Assembly: GCF_009914755.1 (NCBI RefSeq)
Contig: NC_060929.1
Strand: one strand, 5' to 3'
DNA: 64,000 bases
Source: the human T2T-CHM13v2.0 reference genome, Homo sapiens
The first letter of the stretch is position 1. Each line of letters begins with the position of its first letter. Under the pieces are notes generated by a model. It had not been told where the DNA came from. It saw only the letters and a program-made list of their open reading frames with translations, and did no database searches. A program made the translations under genes and the position numbers. Below, in pieces: positions 13,039-25,290 of this stretch.

Positions 13039-13602
13039 ACGAAGTTGCTTTTTAATAAAGTAACATGAGCCTAATAAAATTTTTAAATACTGGACAGTTT
13101 CTATATATTTGTCTGAGATAGCTATAGCTTCATATGATATTGTGATGATAAAATAATGTGCTTTAATAATGTGAAACTGATGAAATTAATTGCAACATTA
13201 ATTCTCTGTTTTGAGAAATATATAAACATGAGGAATGTAACTATCTTGGATAGAACAAGTGGTGCATATAATCCTAGCTCTGACTTTTTGGATTCTTAAC
13301 GTATTTGAGAATTATGTGTTATACAGTTGAAGAGAAAACAATCATATAACCATATGTATATGAATATCAGTCCCTTTATAAAATTTTATAAAAATGGAAT
13401 GATATTTATAAACATATAGTTACATGATGTGTGTGTATATATATATATGTTTATGTGTAAATTTCTTATTTATAAAAATGGACTTATTTATAGTTATAAA
13501 ACAATATGGCTATATGTATATCAATATTTTTTGTAAATGGACTGATATTCATTTACATACTGTTATACTGTGTATCTTCACTTCAATAATCAAACAGTTT
13601 AT

Positions 13603-14303
13603 TGTTATCAGTGGAAGAGATCTGAGTTACCTTGAGTTGCTGGCAGCAAATTTGTATGCATCTGCCGCAACTTCAGCCCTTGACTCCTGGGAAGAAAGAA
13701 TTCGACTGAGGGGCATAAAGCAGAAAAAGAGACTAGACAAATTTCAGAGCAGAAGTGGAAGATTATTTAAAAGGCTTTAGAACAGGAAAAGAAAAAAGAA
13801 AAAAAAAGGTGAGAACTCTTGGAAGAGATCCATGTGGACACCTGAACATGAATGAGAAAAAACAAGCACCTTTAACCTTGGTCCTGGGACTTCCTAGGCT
13901 TACCTCTTTCCCATGATTCTTCCCTTAGTGGGGGCTTTCCACACGTGTGGTGCCCTCCTTACTTTTGGGAATTAAGCACAGTCAATGTGTTTAGGGAGTT
14001 ATATGCATGTCCATCTGAGGCTGTCTTCTTTTTTCTGATGGAGTGTACCCAGAAGATCATACTTTGCTGTTTTTGTCTCTTGATGTGCATGCCCAGGAAG
14101 TTGCTTCTCCCTGAGGTCTGCCTTTAATTAACACTTTAATGTTAACAGGTGCAAACTATCACGAAATGGCCTCTCCATGGCACTGGTTGCCAATTTATCA
14201 CTTTTAGAGAGAAAATGCTATAATTGCTGGACATCACTGGACATTTCTAGTGGGAGGGGGAAGAGCCCTCTCCTGCCCCACTCATGCCTAACTACCTGTA
14301 ACA
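13603..14303 (-). mobile_element. ERV1 solo LTR (MER50/LTR9-related)
   Basis: TG...CA termini. Minus strand starts TGTTACAGGTAGTTAGGCATGAGTGGGGCAGGAGAGGGCTC. Internal GAAAGAATTCGACTGAGGGGCATAA is typical of MER4-group LTRs. Confidence 0.82.
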
Positions 14304-15263
14304 GTCATGACCATAACTGCGTTGCACATAGATCCCTCAGGTTGCATTTTGGTATTCTTAAGATTTCTCTCCCCATAAGGTCTTCATTTTGCTTGCTACA
14401 AGTAAACACTTTTAAAATCCGAAATCAGAAAATTTGAGTTAATAGAAGTCTTTTGGATCATTTAATCCAAATAATAAAATCTCATAGGTGAGTAAAATAA
14501 CAAAAAGAGAAAAGAGAAAATTTTTCTACGATTACTGAAAGAGTTAGAAATAGAATTCAGGTTTCCTAGTTTCTTAACAAAAACACACCTACTCTTCTGC
14601 ATTTTTTTTTTTTGCTCTATGTTGGTGTTTGATTGGCAAGTATTAAAAATATATCTGCTATTCTACTGTGTTAGGTAGGATACACTGATTAATAATATCA
14701 AACAAGTAATTTCACAGTGTAGAAATGATAAATCATCTTGCATGTATCATTCCAACTCACTTTCATAAACAAAAGTAATACAAGAAATTTTAACTAGGCA
14801 AAGCTACTAAGCAGCCAGCACAACTACTCAGTATTGGAAATCTGAGTAGTTTTCCAAGGTGTGGTTGATAGTTTTTGAGATCCAGATCAAGATGAAGATG
14901 AAACATTAAAAGATTATAGATTTAAAATTCAACTTATTTTTAAAAATAAATTCCTTAGGTTGAGGTTGCAGGCTATTATTTATCTATTGAAGTATAAGCA
15001 AGCTTGTATGCAAGATGAAAAGCACATTTTACAGGTATCGAAGTAGCAACAGAAGAACAGAACAGTGTGAGCATAGATGAAAGGCAAACATTTCCATTTT
15101 ACTCATTAAATTCATTAATAAATTTACAGTTAGCCCAGAATATTTCTGTTATTTAAGAAAATTAAACCTCTGGTTCAATTTAAGTTGTCAGGCATTTAGA
15201 GGTTGACCCATTATTTAAATCATGAGATAGTAGAGTCACTTAGTTGAAACACAAATTTCATAG

Positions 15264-16254
15264 TGCCAAATAAAAACCAAGTCCAGACTTAGGTAAGAAT
15301 ATTTTATTTGAAAATATTATTGCAAGAGGAGAGAAGGGACAATTGCAACAGGGGGAATGCTCTGAACCTAAGATCTATGTGCATCTCAAAGTTTAAGCAG
15401 AAAGAGGCTTTTTATTTATGAGGAAGAGCAAATAAGCCTAGAAAGAACCAGGTAAGAGGACGTTCCAGAGGGAGAGCAGTGTGATTGTACAGTAAATCAG
15501 AAAATGTTTTACCCTGAGGCCAGCTTATTCTAGAGAGGGGCCATTAAGGAAGGGCTATATGCTAGCTCTGACTAGGCATTTCAGGATCAAATTTCAGGAG
15601 CCAGGGGAAAGGAGAGAATTTTAACCGTAGTTTGATCATTTCCAGAAAGCAGGTATTTTGTACAAATTGACTAGTGGATACGAGGAGTTCGTCTAATCAG
15701 TTACCATTTACGGGACAAAGAACGGGGATTTGGAATGTCTTAATCTGGCCCTAACAAAGGTAAGTAAGAAGGACATGGTTGAGTATTTTTTTAAGTCATA
15801 TGTGAAGCATGGTTAGTTGTGGTAAGCTCTTTCCTGGACACTGAATAATTAAGGGTTTCTTTTAAAAATTTATGTTTTTGATTTTAATTTCTTAAATGAA
15901 TTAATTTTTAATTAAAACATTGCTTATACTTATGTATAACATGTTATGTATATATGTATACATAGTGAAATGTCTCAATTGAGCTAATTAACATATTCAT
16001 TACCTCACATATGTATAATTTTTTGTGGTGAGAACACAAAGTTTACTCTCTAAGGGATTTTCAAAAATACAATACATTGTTATTAACTATAGTCACCATG
16101 TTGTACAACAGATCACTTGAACAGATTCCTCTTATTTAATGAAAATTTAATTTTCTTTGAAGAACATCTCCACAATACTCCAGCCACTGGTAACTAGAGG
16201 ATCTCTTAATCATCTCTATTTTCTAGGAGAACATTGTCAATCAAATTCACTTGT
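15264..16254 (-). mobile_element. Old ERV1 LTR (MER92-like), split by an L1 fragment
   Basis: Minus strand GTGAATTTGA...CTCCTAGAAAATAGAGATGATTAAGAGATCC and GTGTCCAGGAAAGAGCTTACCAC resemble the MER92/MER89-type 5' end. Confidence 0.5.
15865..16193 (-). mobile_element. L1MA (about L1MA7-9) 3' end fragment
   Basis: GAGCTAATTAACATATTCATTACCTCACAT...TTATTAACTATAGTCACCATGTTGTACAACAGATCACTTGAAC. Confidence 0.85.
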
Positions 16255-16849
16255 AAAAATTAATATCTCATAACATTCATTTTAATTCAATGTATATATT
16301 GATTAATTCCTCTGTTCTAGCATCCAAAGGCATAATAAGTACTGAGAGAGAAAAAGTCATTTACCCACAAGTTTAGTGTGAAGGAGACAAAAAGTAATTT
16401 ATAAATTTGATGACATTTAAAAAGTTATAAAAAGAAATTATGACAGAACATAACAAAGGAAACTTTGGAATAAGCACACCTGAAGTTTGAGTTACATGGA
16501 AAAAACTGTAGGGAACAGGAGTGTATAGAGAATTTCAGACAGATAAAACAACATCCTTAAAGCTTGAGAGTTCAGAGGAAGTGTGAGCTAATCAAACATT
16601 GGAATGTGCAACGTCAGAGCAGGGTGGAAAAAAGAAAATAAATAATAGAGAATAGTGACCAGTGAAGTAAGAGAGATGGAAAAGTCAGATAATCAAAGGC
16701 TTTGAATCCTTCAACACTTAATTATTGAACAGATACAACAGGGGCACATTAAGATTCTGACCACATTAAGGCTACAGAGAAAAGAATATATTAAAAAAGT
16801 GATTGAGGGTTAAAAAAAAAAAAAGAGTAAGATATTTCAGCAGTGCAGC

Positions 16850-17702
16850 TATAGTGGTCAGGGTTCTCCAGAGAAACAGAACTAATACAATGTGTATATA
16901 TTTAAACATTTATTCCTTGGTGCCAATAAGGCCATGGTTCCAGGACCCCATGGATACTGAAATTTGAAGATGCTCAAGTCCCTGACGTAAAGTGTATTAG
17001 TATTTGCATATCATCTATGCACATCCTCTCGTATACTTTAAATTATCTTTAGATTACTTATAATACCTAATATAATTTAAATGCTATGTAATGCAATTTA
17101 AATGGTATGTAAATAGTTGTTATAATGTATTGTTTAGAGAATTATGGCAAGGAAAAAAGTCTGTACATGTTCAATTACAGATGCTATTTTTTTTAAATTA
17201 AAAATATTTTTGATACACAGTTGGTTGAATCCACAGATGTGGAACCCACTTTGAATACGGAGGCTGAGGAGTCCCAGGATGTACAGTCAGTGCTGAAGCA
17301 GTGGCCAGAGAGAGCCAATGTGTAGTTCCAATCTGAGTCAGGAGGCCTGAGAACCAGGAGAGCTGGTGGTGTAAGTTTCACTCTAAAAGTCAGCAGTCTC
17401 AAGACTCAAGGAAAGCCAATGTTTTGGTCTGAGCCTGAAAATCATAAAAGATCAATATGTCAGCTCAAGCAGTCAGGCAGGAGGAGTTCCCTCTTATTCG
17501 GCCTTTTTGTTCCATTCAAGTTTTTAATTGATTGGACGACGCTCACCCACATTAGAGAGAACAATCTGCTTTTCTTAGTCTATTGATTCAAACGTTAGTC
17601 ACATTCAGAAATACCTTCAAAGACACACACGAAATATAATTTAACCAAATGTCTAGACACCTTGTGGCCCAGTCAAGTTTACATATAAAATTAACCATCA
17701 TA
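16850..17702 (-). mobile_element. MLT2 (MLT2C/D-like) ERVL LTR
   Basis: GGTCAGGGTTCTCCAGAGAAACAGAAC at the left and GTGGCCCAGTCAAGTTTACATATAAAATTAACCATCA at the right. Confidence 0.88.
16907..17264 (+). mobile_element. MER2 (TcMar-Tigger MITE) nested in MLT2
   Basis: GGTTCCAGGACCCC...GATGCTCAAGTCCCT...GATTACTTATAATACCTAAT...GTTGGTTGAATCCACAGATGTGGAACCC. Confidence 0.9.
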
Positions 17703-18539
17703 CCAAGCAAACGATTATGGTGGTTTGGATTAGGTTGTCATTGGCTGTACAATTGGTGAAAGTGGACAAATGGTATTGAAGTCATGGAGGTGAGGTAGAG
17801 GAAATCATTTATAAACAATACAGAGTCAGCTACAAATAAATTCATGACAGAGAGCTAAGAACTTTACTAAACTGTTGAAAAGAGAAGGAGAAACCATAAC
17901 AATGGTTGACATAGAGGAGAAAATCAAGGCAAGGGTCAGTTGTATAACCTCAAGTAAGATTGTTTAAAGGGTACAATGGTTAATGGTATCCAATGATGGT
18001 AATGGTCAGCAAAATAAGGACTAAAATGTATTCTATGAGTTAACAAGAAGGAATCATTGGAGATCTTATTAAGAAGAATATTGGTGGAGTGATGCAGCCA
18101 GAAGCCAGATCGAAATATGTTGAACTGTGAATAAAATTTGATAAATAAACGAAAAACAAGCACCACCAACAACAAAACAGAGAGAGTATGAACTAAGTGT
18201 ACATAAAGTTGAGCAGTGAAGTAACAATGGAAAAATGGGCTTTAACTTTGCAGGGCCATGGGACAAAAGGGACAGTGAAATGCAACGTTTAAGGAAGGGG
18301 ATGCTGGTTTTGACTACCCTGAACTTTTCAAAGATATTCAGCTATCATTTACCGGCATTGAAAATGAAACCAGTAGAGTTGAAGTATATAAAAATATAAA
18401 TGTTTCAAGAAAGTTAGTGTGCATAAATTGCTTATACAATTTTATATATTGGAATATTTCATTGCTAGGTTTTAAACACAATGTAAAGTTTACTCCGTAA
18501 GTAGAAAAAAAGTCATCATTCTGTCACGTCTCATCTTCC

Positions 18540-19020
18540 GTCATGTCATTGCTGCTTTTCTGTACTGCAGCCACGTGACCTTCATTTAATTTCTATAGCT
18601 TAGCAAACTCCTTCATGCTCTAGGTAATTTTATCAAGATGTTTCTCCTTTCTGAAATAGTTTCAAGAACTCCATCATGCCTCTATCATTCTCTCCCTTTT
18701 ATCTACGTACCGCCTACTACTTTTCAGATCTCAGATCAATCATTTACTTCGAGAAGATTTTTCTGACCTCCTTACACAGCTTCCTCTAATAAACGCTATT
18801 TCCTCACTACCTTCCTTTTCTCTTGAAGACTTATTAGTATTTTAAAAAAATATTTACTAAGTGCTTCTTTAATTAAAGTCTGCCCAGCCCACTGAACATA
18901 ACATTTATTAGAATATAGCCAAGGTTTCTTTTTCTCCTTTCATTGTTTCATCACAACACCCACAGGCCCCTCACAAAAACACAAACAAACAGATGCTCAG
19001 TCAGCACCTATGAAATGAAG
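18540..19020 (+). mobile_element. L2 3' region
   Basis: CAGCCACGTGACCTTC...CAGATCTCAGATCAATC...GATGCTCAGT...GAAATGAA. Confidence 0.6.
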
Positions 19021-19499
19021 CAATATATAAAACCAAGCTGAATATGTTAAGCTAAAAATTTGAAATATATGTGGTAAGCAAACTAACATAATCCATAACA
19101 GACTTGACATTTAGTAACAACCAATATTGCATTTGAAAAAGGAAGATTGTTTTTGCAGAATGAGACATAAACTGTTACATCTTTGTTGTTATATCAAATT
19201 AAATTTATAATTAATTTTTATTTGGAGAATAAAGCCATACAAAAGCTTTCTTATGAGTTTTTCTAAAACATTTTAGAGCTATTGAAGCTTTGTTTTTGAG
19301 AAAAGTTGAAACAATCACAGAAGTTATATGACATATCACCTACAATACTTAATAATTAGTTTTTAAGAGCTTTTGAGTCATCTAACATAAATTGTAGCAC
19401 TGAGAATTATATAGTAAAAATATTTTACTCAATATGGTGGCTGTATGTTTTATAAAGAGCTAGTGAATAACATACTTGTATATTTTCCTGATTGCAAAG

Positions 19500-19900
19500 A
19501 GCAAATGTATAATTATAGAACCATAGACTAATACATTTTCATGAAACCTTATGCCATCAGTGAAATTCAAAAGCCAGAAACCCACCTACAGCATCTTAAG
19601 TAGACATTCATGTGTTGTCTTCTGCAATAATTCTTAATGCTTTGGACAGAAGCCAATTCTTTGGTAAAATCTCTAGTTGTCTAAAATGTCTTCCTTACAT
19701 TGATCCAGCATTTCTCCCTTTGTAATTCGTAGAATTTTATTCCAAATCACCTTCCAGAGCAGCATAAAAAATGTATAACCTTTCTTTCATCATCCTTCAA
19801 ATGTTTAAAGACCTCTGATTCCTCCTTTGGGGGTAAATATCCTTGTTTCATTGAAATCACTGTTTTCAAGTTGCTTATACCAAAAGCAGTCTTGTCATGC
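19500..19900 (-). mobile_element. L3/CR1 relic
   Basis: CTCTAGTTGTCTAAAATGTCTTCCTTACATTGATCCAGCATTTCTCCCTTTGTAATT...CCTTCAAATGTTTAAAGAC resembles antisense L3. Confidence 0.5.
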
Positions 19901-20441
19901 CGGTTTTACGTTGCACTTGATAATTTTAAGTATGGTAATTTTATCTTTTTCCCATTTTTATCATTTTACTGTTTATTGTTTTTGTTTTTACCACATTAGC
20001 TATCTCTCACAGCTTTATTTATTCTACAAATATTCTAGGTAAATCCTCTTCATTTATAGCAAAACATTAAGAAAGAATAAACCAACTAAGATAAAGAAAA
20101 GAGTTCTATGAATTGTTGATAGATACCTCTGCCATATTCATGAATTTGTCATGTAATATTATCTGAAACTATTCCTTTATAAAAAACTTAAACATGCTGA
20201 ATAACATTTGACAAATATATGCACAGTTGAGATTTTCAGAAAAATATAGAAAAGGAAGAGACAGCTGAAAAGCAGAATAAAAAGCAGAAGCTAACAACCA
20301 TTTTGCTGCTTTGAGACGTGGCCAAGTGTTCAGTTATCTCATCAGTCAAGTAGTATGTGTTTTAAAGGTAATGTACCAACGGAAGTCAAAGATTGAGTCT
20401 TGTATAAGGCGAGGAGTTTGTATCTTAAAAGGAGCCCTAGC

Positions 20442-20778
<337 letters not shown>

Positions 20779-21099
20779 AAGGGAGCCCTAGAAAAATGCA
20801 GGCCACTTTAAGGAGCCAACACTAAGTGAAAATGTGTGCATTAGGGAAAATATACGCAGAGACAAAAGACGACAAGCAAGAGTAAGTGTTTCCTTCTCGG
20901 TTGCAGGAGAAGAAAAAAAAAATGCTTTTACCTGACATTTGACAACCACAGGTTTTCTCTGATGCCCGCTTGGGTTTGAATTCATATTATTTGCATGGTT
21001 TTGTAAACCAAGACAGATGAATCACCATTAAATAGCTCTAGACTGTTAACCAAACTTGTGTGCCTGATAAAATAAAATTCAAAATGTCTCTTTCTTGAG

Positions 21100-22250
21100 A
21101 AAAATAAATATGCTTTAAAAAGTTTATTCTATCCTAATAACATTCCACGGAACAGGAGCTTATACTTCAAAATAACAAGAATACACTTTAAGAAAAATGC
21201 ATCAATAGAAGTAAGAAACAGCTGAATTAGACTCGGCAAAATTGCCAGATAGTAGACACAATCTAAAGCGACAGCATTTCAAGAACATGAGAAAATTACA
21301 TGTTGCTATTAAAATGAGAATGTTTAAACCTGTAGATTTTAGAAATTAAGAAAAGTATTTATTAGAATAAAAAACTCAAGGGATGGGTGAAATAAAAGTG
21401 TATATGCACCTGAAAAGAGCATTTGTAACCTGGTTATCGGCATTAATTAAATCATCTCAAATGAAGAACAAAAAGATAAAGAGATGGAAACTATGAGAAC
21501 GATCAGTACATATGAATATTTTGAGAATATCTGACATGTATCTCATTGGACTTCTAATGAAAGAGGATATCAGAGAATGCTGAACAAAGGCAAAAAGAAG
21601 TTTTGGAAAAAAAAACAAAAATTAAGGAGAAAACTTACAAAGGTATGAAACAATTTTATGGACACAGGTGCTCTACAGCAATAATAGAAGCCAACAGAAA
21701 ACTAAATAATTTTTTCAAAGTGCTGAAAGAAATTCTGTCAACCTAGAATTCAAAAACCCACCAAACTATAATTTATAATGAAAGAAAACAAAGTTTTTAG
21801 ACTTTTTTTTTAAAATATGTACTTCCAACCCACAACTCTAAGAGAAATGAATTTCTAATACTGAATTTTAGGAAGAATAAAATTAAACCGTGAGGGAGGA
21901 AATTTGTTCCAAGAAGAAGAGAAGGTATAATGAAAATAAGTAAACATGTTTGGAAATAAAAGCTGTTGTCATATAAAAGAATAGTCATGAGCCATTCAGG
22001 GAAGAAGTAAAATAAAATAAAATGGTTCTAAAATACTAAACAATATTTACATGTAGAATGGGAGGGAGGGATCTGAGGAAAATTATTCCAAGGTGTATAT
22101 CTTGTCTGGAAGGTGAGTAGAGATATTGGTGATTGGTTAACTCAGGTGAGCATACTTAAAACATCAAATACGAGAATAAAAACAGGTATTTAACTTCCAA
22201 ACACCAGATTTTAGGGAAAAGTAATTTTGTAAAAGGATAGAGAAAAAAGA
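21100..22250 (+). mobile_element. Ancient L1M/HAL1-like ORF1-region fragment
   Basis: TTTTCAAAGTGCTGAAAGAAATTCTGTCAACCTAGAATTC...AATGAAAGAAAACAAAG, A-rich sense strand. Confidence 0.6.
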
Positions 22251-22957
22251 AAAAAAAAAAGAAATTGCAGTAGTAAAACAATATATTCTATGTGATGCTC
22301 TAGAAAAATGGTAGGTAATATGTGTGTGGAGTTATTGGTAGATTATGAATAACAATTTTTTTTGATTGTACTACAGTTTACAAAGCAATCTCAAAGGTAT
22401 TTTTCTCAATTAATTATGAAACTTTGATTTTATGAAATAAGTAATTTGCTTTTTTTTACAGCTAAGTCACTGAGTTATTTTTTCCATTTTTAATTTATTT
22501 GTGTAATTGATTTCTGAAATCAAAGGAGCTAGAGAAAAATATTCAGATCCATGTCTTCTGCTTTCAGGTTAAGCATGTTTTCCACTGCAGCTGAGTCTAC
22601 TCTCAGTCACTCAAGCAATTGTGAAATGTGCAACATGATACAAACTACTTTATAAAATTAATATAAGATATGCTGTCAGATTTTATACTGACATCAAGTT
22701 CCATTATGTTCTTGTCATTCTCCGGATAGTCTTTTAGAAGAAGATGCAAATTTAAATGTAGACTTTAGCTGTTTCTGCAAGCAATGAGTCTTACTGTGAT
22801 TAATGTCTCTTTATTAGGTAGTAGTGAAATTAATTTAATATTCTCTTCCAGAATTTGGACAAAAGTCTGCATTAAATTTACCATTCTGTATTTTTAGAAT
22901 CTGTACTCTTCTTCTCCTCCATTTGAACAAGAAAACATTTCATTTCTCACATCTTCT

Positions 22958-23395
22958 TCTTTTTTTTTTCTTTTTTCATTATACTTTAAGTTTTAGGGTA
23001 CATGTGCACAACGTGCAGGTTTGTTACATATGTATACATGTGCCATATTGGTGTGCTGCACCCATTAACTCATCATTTAACATTAGGTATATCTCCTAAT
23101 GCTATCCCTCCCCCCTCCCCTGACCCCACAACAGGCCCTGGTGTGTGATGTTCCCCTTCCTGTGTCCACGTGTTCTCATTGTTCAGTTCCCGCCTATGAG
23201 TGAGAACATGCGGTGTTTGGTTTTTTGTCCTTGCGATAGTTTGCTGAGAATGATGGTTTCCAGCTTCATCCATGTCCCTACAAAGGACATGAACTCATCA
23301 TTTTTTATGGCTGCATAGTATTCCATGGTGTATATGTGCCACATTTTCTTAATCCAGTCTACCATTCAGGACATAGGCATCGGCAAGGAGTTCAT
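22958..23395 (-). mobile_element. Young L1PA (about L1PA3-5) 3' end with a short 5' inversion
   Basis: ORF2p C-terminus (DWIKKMWHIYTMEYYAAIKNDEFMSFVGTWMKLETIILSKLSQ) and 3' UTR. 19-bp TSD TTCATTTCTCACATCTTCT (22939-22957 / 23391-23409). Confidence 0.96.
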
Positions 23396-24309
23396 TTCTC
23401 ACATCTTCTACAATTCCTAAATTTTTTTAAAAATTTAGAATTAATGGTGACTAAGAGTGTATATTAAGATCTAGTGAAATTATGTAGAGACTTACAAAGT
23501 TACTGACAGTCATTAGGTGTTTTCTTGTATTTAATTCTTCAGTTTTCAATTTGCTGCTGATTCTCCTCTGAAGTTCAGAAGAAAAAAAAGGAAAATGTTA
23601 TTTATCTTATCGTTTTTCGTCCTTGTGCCTTTGGCCCCAAACGTTGTTGTTATTCTTTTGGTCATATTTTTATTTGACTACATATTAAAACCAACAAACA
23701 TTCCTAAGACAAAACAAAGCACAGTTACCGATTGCTGTTGGATTTTTTCACTCTACTTCTTTCAATTCTGGCTCTCTCTTCCTTTTCTCACTCTCTTAAC
23801 TTTATTTCACACTTTAGTTTCTGCCTTGATTCTGTATACAAGGTCTGGCTTTTGTACATTTTATTTTAAGAAATCAATTTATTGTGAAGATTCCTTTCAT
23901 CTACTAATAGAAAAGATTTCAAAATTTGTCTGCAAATCATAGTTATAATAAAATAAATGGTTATTTAATACATTGTATGTAAAACAGAAAAATTTAATTT
24001 TTAGAATATTCTAACAGTGGGAAGTATATCCAAAGACATGGTATAACATTCTCTGGTGTAATTCAGCTTAGTATTAGCTTCAGCTTTTATTTATCTATTA
24101 CTAGCTTTATGAGTTTAAAATTCACTTAAATATTTTGCACATCTATTTTTACTGGTAAAATGGAAATAATAACTATCGTAAAATTGTGGTAAAATTTGAA
24201 TCACTAAATGCTTTTTGAAATTGTGATAACTCTTTATATATATATGATAATTAAACATATGACTTAAAGATGCCCCATTAACATTTTTCTAACTTCTAAA
24301 ATGATATAA

Positions 24310-24460
24310 ATAATTAACAATGTATTAAGTAATTATCATATTCCAAGCAGGCAATGTAATTTGTGTTTTATGTGCATTAGGTAATTTCATCTTCACAAGG
24401 ACCCTGTGATCTGGTATTTGTATTATTATTATATTTTATAGAGGAGGAAACTAGAAAAAT
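24310..24460 (-). mobile_element. MIR fragment
   Basis: CATCTTCACAAGGACCCTGTGA...TTTTATAGAGGAGGAAACT. Confidence 0.55.
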
Positions 24461-24477
24461 ACGAATGACATGTAATA

Positions 24478-24815
24478 TAATAGGCTATGTTCTGCTGTGT
24501 TAACAGATAACTCCTTGATTATATGTATCCTAATACTCAAAAATATTCTTTACCCCTCAAACCACCTGTCCCTCATTGCCCACATGTGGTCACTAAGAGA
24601 CCTTGGCTGATAGAAGCTCCACCGTCTGGAAGCTTCGGGTTCTGGAACATGTGACCACCTCAGACTCCATAGCACTAGAGAATCTGCTGACATTTATATC
24701 ATGGATCATCTTCTTACAGCCATTGGCTGGAACAAGACCATCTGTAACCTCACGGAGTCTGCAAAATATGGAGAAATTGCTGAAAGGTTAGATGAGCACC
24801 ACTCTCTCTGCCCCA
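24478..24815 (-). mobile_element. Old MaLR LTR (MLT1J/K/L-like)
   Basis: TAGGCTATGTTCTGCTGTGTTAACAGATAACTCC...CCATTGGCTGGAACAAG. Confidence 0.5.
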
Positions 24816-24949
24816 AGTAAGAAGAAGTAGAATTTGGACTCTAGATTACTTACTCAAGTCCCCTTAGCTAAGCCGTTGTATTCATTCCTAAGAAAATTTT
24901 GCCAATGTAATATGTGTGTGTGTGTACATGTGTACGTGTGTGTGTGTCT

Positions 24950-25290
24950 CAGAGGCAGCAAACTGTGCCAAAAAGTATATTCACCCTTCTTCCTGAGCAC
25001 ACAATTGGAATCTAAAATTTCAGCAATAAAATTAAAGAACTGACATGTGCCACTTCTGGGCCAAAGCTTATATTAGGCACAGATGCTCCTTCATGCTTTC
25101 TTTTCTCTTCTGGACCCCGGTTGCACAACATGATGAAGTACTTGAGCAGGACAGAGGTACAGAAGCACCACATGGAGGACAGACACCTGGACATTAGGAA
25201 CATCCAATTTGGACTCTTGTTTTGAGGACTTCTAGTAAACACTCATTTTTTTACTTGAGCCATTTTAAATTTGGATATATTTGACACATT
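24950..25290 (+). mobile_element. Old MaLR LTR (MLT1H/J-like)
   Basis: ATGTGCCACTTCTGGGCC...CCACCATGGAGG...TTGAGCCATTTTAAATTTGG. Confidence 0.6.

Larger units (their letters stand above)
16270..18150 (-). mobile_element. Degenerate L2, interrupted by MLT2 and MER2
   Basis: Purine-rich antisense L2 motifs (GTCAGATAATCAAAGGCTTTG; GAATCATTGGAGATCTT...GTGGAGTGATGCAGCCAGAAGCCAGAT). Confidence 0.55.
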
